Part shown: in pieces, positions 13,330 through 20,982 of the stretch
Layout: every line of letters starts with the position of its first letter
Numbering within the stretch: the first letter of the stretch is position 1
DNA from: Verrucomicrobiota bacterium
Lineage (GTDB): Bacteria; Verrucomicrobiota; Verrucomicrobiia; Opitutales; JABDGR01
NCBI GenBank assembly: GCA_048497935.1
Contig: JBEHYY010000017.1
Coordinates: 3,014 to 67,013, forward strand
DNA length: 64,000 nucleotides
Direction: 5' to 3'
Made by a program: the position numbers and the translations under genes
Notes under the pieces: model-generated
Databases searched by the model: none
The model's input: the letters and a program-made list of their open reading frames with translations, nothing else
What the model was told of the DNA's origin: nothing

Positions 13330-13689
13330 TTACTGGTTGTAAGTCACCGTGCCGAAGGAGGAGGCGGTGATGGAGATCTGCGTGTCGCTCTGGTTGACGC
13401 TCAAGGACGAATAGACTTCGCCGGCAACCGGGGAGACGTTACGCACATAGCTGTCCGTGCCCGTGCCGACGAGGTCGGTGTAGGCGGCCGTCGTCACACC
13501 CTTGTCCAGGAAGTACTGCTGGGCGGCGGTGGAGATCTGGCGGAGGTTGTTCGTCACAGCCTTGATGCGCGATTGCTGGCGCACCTTGCTGAACGCGGGA
13601 ATCGCCATGGCGGCCAAAAGGCCGATGATGACGACGACGATCATAATTTCAACGAGGGTGAAACCCTTGCGGGCGGTCTTATTATTCAT
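13330..13689 (-). CDS. Prepilin-type N-terminal cleavage/methylation domain protein (type IV pilin / T2SS pseudopilin-like), copy A
   Basis: The start MNNKTARKG/FTLVEIMIVVVIIGLLAAMAIPAF is the classic class III signal peptide with G-1 and E+5. The 159-aa track ORF carries an unsupported N-terminal extension, so I chose the ATG at 13689. 119 aa. Confidence 0.9.
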   Translation of the reverse strand: MNNKTARKGFTLVEIMIVVVIIGLLAAMAIPAFSKVRQQSRIKAVTNNLRQISTAAQQYFLDKGVTTAAYTDLVGTGTDSYVRNVSPVAGEVYSSLSVNQSDTQISITASSFGTVTYNQ

Positions 13690-14051
13690 GATATACCTAG
13701 GTAGGTTAGTATTAATACTGGCACAGCCAGAGCGACTGTGACGGGTGAAAATATACTTAATACACCTCCTACTGCCAAGCATAAATTTCTTTTGATAAGA
13801 AATTAACAATTTTGCTAGTCACTATCTTTCAATTTGTTAGGGAATTTTTTGAAAACGACTCAGGGTTTTACCTGAGGTGAAAAAATCGTGTTGGGAACAT
13901 AAAAACGATGTCCACCGGCTCAATGCATTCGCGTGTTCGCGGGCGCAGCAAGACTGCGCCCCTACATAATGGCTGCAAGACCTGCTACAGGGGGGCCGAC
14001 CACGCTCCATGGAGGGGCGGGGAAAATAAACCCACCGGTAGATGGGGCGGC

Positions 14052-14093
14052 AAAAAAGAAAAGCCGTTTCCCCAGTGTGGGGAAACGGCTTTT
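14052..14093 (-). terminator. Rho-independent terminator of pilin-like gene B
   Basis: Same hairpin as copy A (AAGCCGTTTCCCC .. GGGGAAACGGCTT, 14061-14091), followed on the minus strand by a T-run. Confidence 0.8.
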
Positions 14094-14110
14094 CCGAAGA
14101 GAACCCGTGC

Positions 14111-14470
14111 TTACTGGTTGTAAGTCACCGTGCCGAAGGAGTCAGCGGTGATGGAGATCTGCGTGTCGCTCTGGTTGACGCTCAAGGACGAATAGACTTC
14201 GCCAGCGACCGGGGAGACGTTGCGCACATAGTTATCGGTGCCCGTGCCGACGAGGTCGGTGTAGCCAGCCGTCGTCACACCCTTGTCCAGGAAGTACTGC
14301 TGGGCGGCGGTGGAGATCTGGCGGAGGTTGTTCGTCACAGCCTTGATGCGCGACTGCTGGCGCACCTTGCTGAACGCGGGAATCGCCATGGCGGCCAGGA
14401 GGCCGATGATGACGACGACGATCATAATTTCAACGAGGGTGAAACCCTTGCGAGCGGATTTATTATTCAT
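14111..14470 (-). CDS. Prepilin-type N-terminal cleavage/methylation domain protein, copy B
   Basis: MNNKSARKGFTLVEIMIVVVIIGLLAAMAIPAF.., 119 aa, ATG at 14470. The track ORF extension to 14557 is rejected. Confidence 0.9.
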   Translation of the reverse strand: MNNKSARKGFTLVEIMIVVVIIGLLAAMAIPAFSKVRQQSRIKAVTNNLRQISTAAQQYFLDKGVTTAGYTDLVGTGTDNYVRNVSPVAGEVYSSLSVNQSDTQISITADSFGTVTYNQ

Positions 14471-14808
14471 GATATTGATGTAGTTATTTATTTTCGGTGA
14501 AGCAGCCGCCCACCGGGGCAGGCAAACGGTCGTTTCACTTACCCACCAGAGAATCAAGCCGACGACTCTTTAGCAAGCGTGATTCCAACTCCGCGGGGTT
14601 TTTAACACTTTTTGACCGCGAAAGAAAAATGAAGATATGCCTCCAAAAGGTGGCGATAATCATTCGCAACGCCGGCCTATTCTTGTCACCGTTTTCCGTG
14701 AGCGTGGAGAGTTAAAATGGCATCAAGCATGGGCGGCAAAAACCAGTGAGTAACCCCCAGACAGGCCGGCCTTCATCAGGAAATATCAGTTTCCCCCGAA
14801 AAAAATAT

Positions 14809-15852
14809 TTAGGCGCTCAATGCCTTTTTCAAACCGCCGATGACACGCGCAAAGACCATTTTGCCGCCGGCAGAGGGGACCACGTTAACCACCTCGACCT
14901 CGACATCACGACCGATGAATTTCTCCGCCTCGCCCACCACCACCATCGAGCCATCGCCTAGATAGCCCACGGCCTGACCGGCTTCCTTGCCGGGCTTGAC
15001 GAGGTCCACCGTGAAAGTGTCGCCCACCGTGACTTCCGGATGCAGGGCGCGGGCAAGCTTGTTGAGGTTGAGCCACTCCACGTCATGAAACTCCGCCAGT
15101 TTGGCGAGATTGTAGTCGGTGGTCAGCAGGCGGGCCTTGAGGCTGCGGGCGACGAAGATAAGCTTGTCGTCGATCTGCTGGCGATTTTCCAAAATGACAT
15201 CGTGCACACGCAGCTCAAGGCCGGGCACACGGCGCAGTTCATTAAGAACTTCCAAGCCACGGCGCCCGCGGCTCTGGCGCTGAGGGTCGGGCGAGTCGGC
15301 GATACGGTTCAGCTCCTCGATGACAAAACGGGGCACCACCAGCGCGCCGCCAAGGAAATGGCTCTGGCACACACCGAGGACGCGCCCGTCAATCAAGGCG
15401 CTGGCATCGGTGACGACGAGGGCGCTGGCGACTTCCTGCGGCACAAAGCGCACGTAGGGGATGACGAGGTGGAATTCGTCGCGGCCGCGCAGGGCCATGA
15501 CCGTGGCTAGATAGAGGGTGACGACAAAAAGGACGACGCGGACGCGCAAGAGCATATTTGGGTCGATGCTGTCACGGTCAAAAAATGGCGAGGCGTTGAT
15601 GAGCGCCGCAATGAGCACACCCATGGCGAGGCCGAAGGTCACCGCCGTGAGGGAGCGCAGGGAAAAGCCCTTGAGCAGCAGGTCCACTAGGATGGTCAGC
15701 GCGCCGATGCCCCCGGCCACGACGAGGAAAACGCCCAGGCCCGTATGCTCGGCGTCGCTGCGGTTGGACCCCTGCGCATACCACACCAGAAAGCCGCCCA
15801 CCAGGCACAGGCAGAAGAACACGGCGCGGATGATGTAAAGGGGGCGCTTCAT
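14809..15852 (-). CDS. Membrane-anchored PIN/TRAM domain protein (YacL-like)
   Basis: Four N-terminal TM helices, then a PIN-like core (LVVTDASALIDGR.., LLTTDYNLAKLA) and a C-terminal TRAM-like beta domain (VGDTFTVDLVKPGKEAGQAVGYLGDGSMVVV..DVEVEVVNV). Confidence 0.75.
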   Translation of the reverse strand: MKRPLYIIRAVFFCLCLVGGFLVWYAQGSNRSDAEHTGLGVFLVVAGGIGALTILVDLLLKGFSLRSLTAVTFGLAMGVLIAALINASPFFDRDSIDPNMLLRVRVVLFVVTLYLATVMALRGRDEFHLVIPYVRFVPQEVASALVVTDASALIDGRVLGVCQSHFLGGALVVPRFVIEELNRIADSPDPQRQSRGRRGLEVLNELRRVPGLELRVHDVILENRQQIDDKLIFVARSLKARLLTTDYNLAKLAEFHDVEWLNLNKLARALHPEVTVGDTFTVDLVKPGKEAGQAVGYLGDGSMVVVGEAEKFIGRDVEVEVVNVVPSAGGKMVFARVIGGLKKALSA

Positions 15853-15875
15853 GAATCAGGACGGCACAGCGGTGG

Positions 15876-16073
15876 TCATTGTTTGTGCGCAGACAGCCAC
15901 CACCAGAGAATAAAAGGGGCGACTATAAAAACGGCCATAAGGGCGAACAAGATTAATTGCGCCCAAAAGGCACGGTCCAGATCCTGCTGCGTCAGGGTGG
16001 GCTCGGGAAAAGTCTCGCCGTCCTTGGGTGCCGGTGCGGGCCATGGCTCAGGTTCAGACACGGCCCTTATCAT
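15876..16073 (-). CDS. Hypothetical small membrane protein (65 aa, possibly longer)
   Basis: Pro/Glu-rich N-terminus and a single C-terminal TM helix (AQLILFALMAVFIVAPFILWWWL). It stops 24 nt before the PIN/TRAM start. Start is uncertain: ATG at 16073 or the track start at 16163. Confidence 0.35.
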   Translation of the reverse strand: MIRAVSEPEPWPAPAPKDGETFPEPTLTQQDLDRAFWAQLILFALMAVFIVAPFILWWWLSAHKQ

Positions 16074-16192
16074 GCTGTTCCCGCCGGGGCGGGGCAAGAC
16101 TAACCGGGGTGGCCCTAGGACTGAGGGCCCCTGCCCTATCTGGAAGTTTGCCTTGGTCGCCATGCTACATATATATATCCTGCCTTTCCTGC

Positions 16193-16960
16193 ATGGCCGA
16201 CATTGACCAACACAACCGGGAAATCCACGAAAACCGCGCGGCGTGGGAACGCAAACCGGCCCTGCGGCGCATCTACCGCGGGTTGTACGAGGAAATCGCC
16301 GCTGTGCTGCCGACGGGGGGGCAAGGGCAGACTCTCGAACTAGGCTCCGGCATGGGCAATATCAAGGAAGTGCTGCCGGCGTGCATCACCTCGGACATCT
16401 TTGCCAATCCCTGGCTTGACCGGGTGGAAAACGCCTATGCCCTGAACTTTGCGGATGGGAGCATCTCCAACCTGATTCTTTTCGATGTCTGGCACCACCT
16501 GCAATATCCCGGGGCAGCACTGCGAGAATTCCGCCGGGTGCTGGCCCCCGGTGGCGTGGTCGTGCTGATGGAACCGGCAGCGGGGCTGCTGGGGAGGATG
16601 GTGTACGGTATGTTCCACCACGAGCCGCTGGCGTTGGGGGAACCGATTGAATGGGCCATTCCGGAAAACTTCGACTCCGCGAAACAGACCTACTATGCGG
16701 CTCAGGGCAATTGCTGGCGGCTGGCGCGCCATTTTGCCAAACTGCCGCGCGAGCAGCAGCCTGAAGCCCTGCGGAGTTGGGAAATCACCCGTGTGAAGTA
16801 TTTTCCCGCCCTGGCGTACCTAATGAGCGGCGGTTTTCGCGGCCCACAGCTATATCCGGACTTTGCCCTGCCGACGATCCAGGGGGTTGAAAAGATACTT
16901 GCCCCCCTACCCGCGCTGACGGCGGCACGGATGCTGGTGGTATTAAAACCGCAGGAATAG
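16193..16960 (+). CDS. Class I SAM-dependent methyltransferase
   Basis: SAM motif I TLELGSGMGN and post-I/II blocks (ILFDVWHHL, LAPGGVVVLMEP). The ATG at 16193 (MADIDQHN..) is preferred over the upstream extension from 16028, which reads as noise. Confidence 0.75.
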   Translation: MADIDQHNREIHENRAAWERKPALRRIYRGLYEEIAAVLPTGGQGQTLELGSGMGNIKEVLPACITSDIFANPWLDRVENAYALNFADGSISNLILFDVWHHLQYPGAALREFRRVLAPGGVVVLMEPAAGLLGRMVYGMFHHEPLALGEPIEWAIPENFDSAKQTYYAAQGNCWRLARHFAKLPREQQPEALRSWEITRVKYFPALAYLMSGGFRGPQLYPDFALPTIQGVEKILAPLPALTAARMLVVLKPQE

Positions 16961-17000
16961 AAATTATAATGTCCACCCTACCTTAATTACCAAATATAAG

Positions 17001-17040
17001 GGGGCGGCCTTTTGTTATTAGGCCGCCCCTTTTATTTTAT
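17001..17040. terminator. Bidirectional intrinsic terminator between the methyltransferase gene (+) and the nrd operon (-)
   Basis: Stem GGGGCGGCC (17001-17009) / GGCCGCCCC (17021-17029) with an 11-nt loop. It is followed by TTTTATTTTA on the plus strand and a partly T-rich tract on the minus strand. Confidence 0.65.
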
Positions 17041-17063
17041 ACCGTAGCAACACTTAGCGATCA

Positions 17064-17177
17064 TTATTTCTTAGAAACTCGCTGCACAATCGTGGTTGAC
17101 TTATGCGTCTTTGCGTAAGTCATACGAACGAATTTCCCACTTATTGCACTACGCGCAACTTTTTTGGTTGAGCTCAT
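17064..17177 (-). CDS. Candidate small basic protein (37 aa), absent from the ORF track
   Basis: The minus strand reads GGAGGTGATGAAGA-ATG AGC TCA ACC..: MSSTKKVARSAISGKFVRMTYAKTHKSTTIVQRVSKK, ending TAA at 17064-17066. GGAGG lies 9 nt before the ATG and 9 nt after the nrdA stop. The ORF is followed by the 17001-17029 terminator. The local sequence is AT-rich. Confidence 0.4.
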   Translation of the reverse strand: MSSTKKVARSAISGKFVRMTYAKTHKSTTIVQRVSKK

Positions 17178-17199
17178 TCTTCATCACCTCCTTAAAGTT

Positions 17200-20100
17200 C
17201 TACTGACAGGCTTCGCAAGATTCGCCACGGAGGCGGGCTTCGAGGCTGCAGGCCTGCTTTTCCTCCTCTGAGTAAACGCGCTTGGGCAGGGGCGGGTTGG
17301 TGCCCTCGGTGTCGGGGCTGGCGGCGGCGGCGCCCTCCTCACCACGGGCGATGGCGCCACGGGTTTCCTTCTTCACGGCCACGGTAGCCTTCTCGATATT
17401 GGAGGCGCCGAGCGTGCGGAGGTAATAGGTGGTCTTGAGGCCCTTGCGCCAGGCGGCGCGGTACATATGCGACAGCGTCTTGATGTCGGGCTTGCCGAGG
17501 AAGAGGTTGACGGACTGGGACTGGTCGATCCACTTCTGGCGGCGGGCGGCGCCGTCGATGACGAAGCTGTAGTCGATGTCGAACGCGGTGGCGAACTTCT
17601 GCTTGATGTCCGCGGGGATGCGGTCGATGTTGGCCAGTTCGCCGTCGAAGTACTTGAGCTGGTCGATCATCTGCGCGTCCCAGAGGCTCCGCTTCTTCAA
17701 ATCGCGGACGAGCTCGTGGTTGAGCACGATGTATTCGCCGCCGAGGTTGCTCTTGACGAAGAGGTTCTTGTAGTAGGGCTCGATGCAGGGCGAGGTGCCC
17801 ATGATGTTCGAGATGGTGGCCGTGGGCGCGATGGCGAGGACGTTGCTGTTGCGCATGCCCTGGCGGCGGATTTTCTGGCGCAGGGGCGTCCAGTCCAGCC
17901 GGCCGCCACGGGGAACATCAACGGCCACGCCGCGCTCCTGCTCGAGCAACTCAAGCGTGTCCTGCGGGAGGATGCCGCGGTCCCACTTGGAGCCGTGGTA
18001 GGAGGAATAGGTGCCGCGCTCGCCGGCGAGGTCGCTGGAGGCCTCGTACGCGTAGAACGCGATGGCTTCCATGAACTCGTCGTTGAAATCGACCGCTTCC
18101 GGAGAGGAGAACGCCTGGTTGCGCTTGTAGAGGGCGTTGTGCAGGCCCATGACGCCGAGGCCGATGGGGCGGTGGCGCAGGTTGGAGGTCTCGGCCGGCT
18201 TCGTCGGGTAGAAGTTGATGTCGATGACGTTGTCGAGCGCGCGCACGGCGACGCGGATGGTCTCGCGCAGGGCGTGGTGGTCGAGCGAGCCGTCGGGCTT
18301 GATGTGCGTGTCGAGGATGACGGAGCCGAGGTTGCACACGGCGGTTTCCTCCACGCTGGTGTTGAGCGTGATTTCCGTGCAGAGGTTCGAGGAGTGGATG
18401 ACGCCAGCGTGGTCCTGCGGGCTGCGGAGGTTGCAGGGGTCCTTGAAGGTGATCCAGGGGTGGCCGGTCTCGAAGAGGACCTTGAGCATCTGGCGCCAGA
18501 GCTCGATGGCCGGGATGGGCTTGCCGTAGATCTTGCCGTCGCGGGCGAGCTGTTCGTAGTGGCAGTAGCGCTCCTCAAAGCGGCGGCCATAGAGCTCGTG
18601 CAGATCGGGGGCCTCGTTGGCACGGAAGAGCGTCCAGTCCTCGCGGGCCTCCATGCGCTTCATGAACAGGTCGGGAATCCAGTTGGCCGTGTTCATGTCG
18701 TGCGTGCGGCGGCGGTCGTCGCCGGTGTTGCGGCGCAGCTCGAGAAAGTCGAGGATGTCGTTGTGCCAGGTCTCGAGGTAGGCGCAGCCGGAGCCGCGGC
18801 GCTTGCCGCCCTGGTTGACGGCCACCAGCTGGTCGTTGTGCAACTTGAGGAAGGGGATGACGCCCTGGCTTTCGCCGTTGGTGCCCTTGATGTAGCCGCC
18901 AGTGCCGCGGACGGAGGTCCACGAACCGCCGAGGCCGCCCGCCCACTTGGAGAGGAAGGCGTTTTCGGCGATGCCGCGCATCATGATGCTCTCAATATTG
19001 TCGTCCACCTTGTAGAGGTAGCACGAGGAGAGCTGCGAGTGCAGGGTGCCAGAGTTGAAAAGCGTGGGCGTGGAGGAGCAGAAACGGCGGTTCTTATAGA
19101 GACCGTAGAGGCGGACGACCCAGTCCTCGCGCTCGCGGGGCTCGTTGAGGAAGAGGCCCATGGAGACGCGCATCCAGAAATACTGCGGGGTCTCGAGGCG
19201 GCGCGCGGGCGTGCGCGTCTTGTCCACAATGAGGTAGCGGTCGTACAACGTCTGGATGCCGAGGAAGTCGAACTCGAGGTCGGACATCGGGTCGAGGGCA
19301 TCGGCCAGCTTGTTAAGGTCGTACTTGAGGAGGGCCGGGTTGATGCGCTCGATGCGGGCGGCGTGCTCGAGGTTCTTCTTGAACTGGCGGGCATGGAACT
19401 GCTTGAGGGCGCCGATGCCGTCACGCAGGATGTCCCAGCCGAGCACTTCCTCATAAATGTAGGATAGGAGGATGCGGCCGGCGAACTTGGCAAAGTCGGC
19501 ATCGCGCTCAATGAGGGTCTTGGCGTTGAGGACGACCGTCTGCTGCAGGTCCTCGCGCGTCATTTCCGTGGAGAGGGAGCGGCGCAGCTCGACCTCGATT
19601 TGCTCGCGGGTGAGGCACAGGTCGAGGCCGATGGCGGCAAAGGCGATGCGGGCGCGCAGCTCGGCGCCGTCCCACATCTCGGTCTGGCCGCTGTCGCGCT
19701 TGATGAAGATGATCTGCTCCTGGCGGGCGTCGTCCGGCGAAGCGGTGGCGGCCGTCTGGATGCGGCGGCGGGAACGCTCCGAGCGGTAAAGGATGTAGGA
19801 TTCGGCCACCTTGAAGTGGCCGTGGCGCATCAGCTCCTCCTGCACGAGGTCCTGCACGTCTTCGATGGAAACAAAGGCCTGGCCCAAGTCGCGCACACGG
19901 TTGCTGACAGACTCGGCGACGCGCACGGCGGGTTCGCTGTCGAGGTGGAGGGAAAGGAAGGCCTTGCGGATGGCGATTTCGACCTTGTTCTGGTCCCAGG
20001 GCACGACCTGGCCGTTGCGGCGGATGAGACGCACGTGCACCGGCAGGAGCTCGCCGGCCGTGGCGCCCGTGCCGTCGCCGTTGGTGGCGGTCGGCGTGGC

Positions 20101-20529
20101 GACGCCCGCGCGCTTGAAGACGAGGCTCATGGCCACGTCGTGCTGGTTCTGGTGGACGAGGGCCTTTTCGATGATGCGGTTAATCTCCTCCTGGGAGAGC
20201 ACGCGGTCCTTGTTCTCGGCCCAGCGGGCGACGATTTCCTCGCTCACCTCCTTGGCAACTTCGGCGACGAGCTGGCGGTTCTGCTCGGTGTAGATGTCCT
20301 GCACCTGGCGGGAGAGCAGCAGGTCCGTCAGCGCCGAGCCGACGGTATCGGCAATCTCGGCGAGATCGAAGTGGCGGGCCACGCCCTCGGCAATGACCAT
20401 GACGTCCGGCTGCACCACGGTGGTGCCGGTGATGACTTCGCGCCAATTGAAGCGGGGCTTCTGGTCGTCGGGCGTCTGCGCAAAGCGCTTCAGGGCATTG
20501 TCTTCATCGAGCGGAATATGGCGAATCAT
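17200..20529 (-). CDS. nrdA: Ribonucleoside-diphosphate reductase alpha subunit (class I)
   Basis: 1109 aa. N-terminal ATP-cone-like repeats, catalytic blocks SNLCTEITL and GLGVMGLHN, and a C-terminal redox pair CEAC. Confidence 0.95.
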   Translation of the reverse strand: MIRHIPLDEDNALKRFAQTPDDQKPRFNWREVITGTTVVQPDVMVIAEGVARHFDLAEIADTVGSALTDLLLSRQVQDIYTEQNRQLVAEVAKEVSEEIVARWAENKDRVLSQEEINRIIEKALVHQNQHDVAMSLVFKRAGVATPTATNGDGTGATAGELLPVHVRLIRRNGQVVPWDQNKVEIAIRKAFLSLHLDSEPAVRVAESVSNRVRDLGQAFVSIEDVQDLVQEELMRHGHFKVAESYILYRSERSRRRIQTAATASPDDARQEQIIFIKRDSGQTEMWDGAELRARIAFAAIGLDLCLTREQIEVELRRSLSTEMTREDLQQTVVLNAKTLIERDADFAKFAGRILLSYIYEEVLGWDILRDGIGALKQFHARQFKKNLEHAARIERINPALLKYDLNKLADALDPMSDLEFDFLGIQTLYDRYLIVDKTRTPARRLETPQYFWMRVSMGLFLNEPREREDWVVRLYGLYKNRRFCSSTPTLFNSGTLHSQLSSCYLYKVDDNIESIMMRGIAENAFLSKWAGGLGGSWTSVRGTGGYIKGTNGESQGVIPFLKLHNDQLVAVNQGGKRRGSGCAYLETWHNDILDFLELRRNTGDDRRRTHDMNTANWIPDLFMKRMEAREDWTLFRANEAPDLHELYGRRFEERYCHYEQLARDGKIYGKPIPAIELWRQMLKVLFETGHPWITFKDPCNLRSPQDHAGVIHSSNLCTEITLNTSVEETAVCNLGSVILDTHIKPDGSLDHHALRETIRVAVRALDNVIDINFYPTKPAETSNLRHRPIGLGVMGLHNALYKRNQAFSSPEAVDFNDEFMEAIAFYAYEASSDLAGERGTYSSYHGSKWDRGILPQDTLELLEQERGVAVDVPRGGRLDWTPLRQKIRRQGMRNSNVLAIAPTATISNIMGTSPCIEPYYKNLFVKSNLGGEYIVLNHELVRDLKKRSLWDAQMIDQLKYFDGELANIDRIPADIKQKFATAFDIDYSFVIDGAARRQKWIDQSQSVNLFLGKPDIKTLSHMYRAAWRKGLKTTYYLRTLGASNIEKATVAVKKETRGAIARGEEGAAAASPDTEGTNPPLPKRVYSEEEKQACSLEARLRGESCEACQ

Positions 20530-20586
20530 GGCGGTACGGAGTTGGAATTAAGGATTTAAGAAGTGAATGGAAAAAGCGAAAGCGCC

Positions 20587-20952
20587 CTACTTGGGAAGCA
20601 GGGGCGGCAAGGGAGCGGATGGCGGCGGGGGCGAAGGGGGCGGGCCGCCAAACCAGCGGCGGGCCCGGGCTTGCGCCTGGAATTTGTGGTGTGGTTTGAT
20701 GGAGAAGGCGACGGCGACGGCGGCAATCAGGAAGGCCAGCAGGTCGTCAACCTCCCCAATGGGCGGAAGGAAATCGAGGGCGATGCCGAGCGGCGAAACG
20801 ACATAGAGGACCGCACCGGCGAGGCACCGCTTGGCCCAGAGGGGGACTTTGGGGTCGGTGCCGACGTAGTAAAGAACGAGGAGTTTTTCGACGAGCCAGC
20901 GCACCGGCGCGAGAACCGGGTAAAGGCAGCCTTTGGGAGCATGGCGTGGCAC
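20587..20952 (-). CDS. DUF1232 (YkvA-like) membrane protein
   Basis: TDPKVPLWAKRCLAGAVLYVVSPLGIALDFLPPIGEVDDLLAF matches the DUF1232 pattern (P.W.K..YL.SP.DLIPDFIP..G..DD). Pro-rich tail. Sits between nrdB and nrdA. Confidence 0.65.
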   Translation of the reverse strand: MPRHAPKGCLYPVLAPVRWLVEKLLVLYYVGTDPKVPLWAKRCLAGAVLYVVSPLGIALDFLPPIGEVDDLLAFLIAAVAVAFSIKPHHKFQAQARARRWFGGPPPSPPPPSAPLPPLLPK

Positions 20953-20982
20953 GTGGTCATCGGTGGTGGTGGGCGCGCGCTT

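Larger units (their letters stand above)
13271..13694 (-). repeat. Copy A of a ~425-bp duplicated unit (pilin-like gene plus its terminator)
   Basis: Aligns base-for-base with 14050..14475 with only scattered substitutions. Similarity starts at the terminator poly-A flank and ends a few nt past the ATG. Confidence 0.9.
14050..14475 (-). repeat. Copy B of the duplicated pilin-plus-terminator unit
   Basis: See copy A. The encoded proteins differ at 4 of 119 positions: T5S, then A to G in TTAAY/TTAGY, S to N in TDSY/TDNY, and S to D in ITASS/ITADS. Upstream promoter regions are unrelated. Confidence 0.9.

Noticed and set aside
9875-13704. Plus-strand ORFs of 463, 308 and 497 aa across the glycosyltransferase operon and pilin A
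   Set aside because: They are antisense shadows. The minus-strand products have GT2 motifs, GT-C topology and a prepilin leader.
13719-13724. TGGCAC upstream of pilin gene A, a possible sigma-54 -24 element (type IV pilins are often sigma-54 dependent, and an NtrC-type activator is in the window)
   Set aside because: It is on the wrong strand for the pilin gene and lacks TTGC at the required 12-nt register. It is part of a short palindrome, CTGGCACAGCCAG.
13690-13809. N-terminal extensions of track ORFs (13330-13809, 14111-14557, 16028-16192, 29471-29617, 36428-36538, 45253-46755, 49829-50032, 55648-55698 and others)
   Set aside because: The extensions read as noise, often overlap neighbouring genes or promoters, and precede an internal ATG that opens a canonical N-terminus (prepilin leader, signal peptide, Rossmann motif or Pro-1 of the tautomerase).
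17467-19467. 666-aa ORF on the plus strand, plus similar long ORFs at 19600-20559 and 20563-22170
   Set aside because: They are antisense shadows of nrdA, DUF1232 and nrdB. Their translations are dominated by Ala/Gly/Val/Asp/Glu/Arg/His runs with no motif, while the opposite strand carries unmistakable ribonucleotide reductase motifs.
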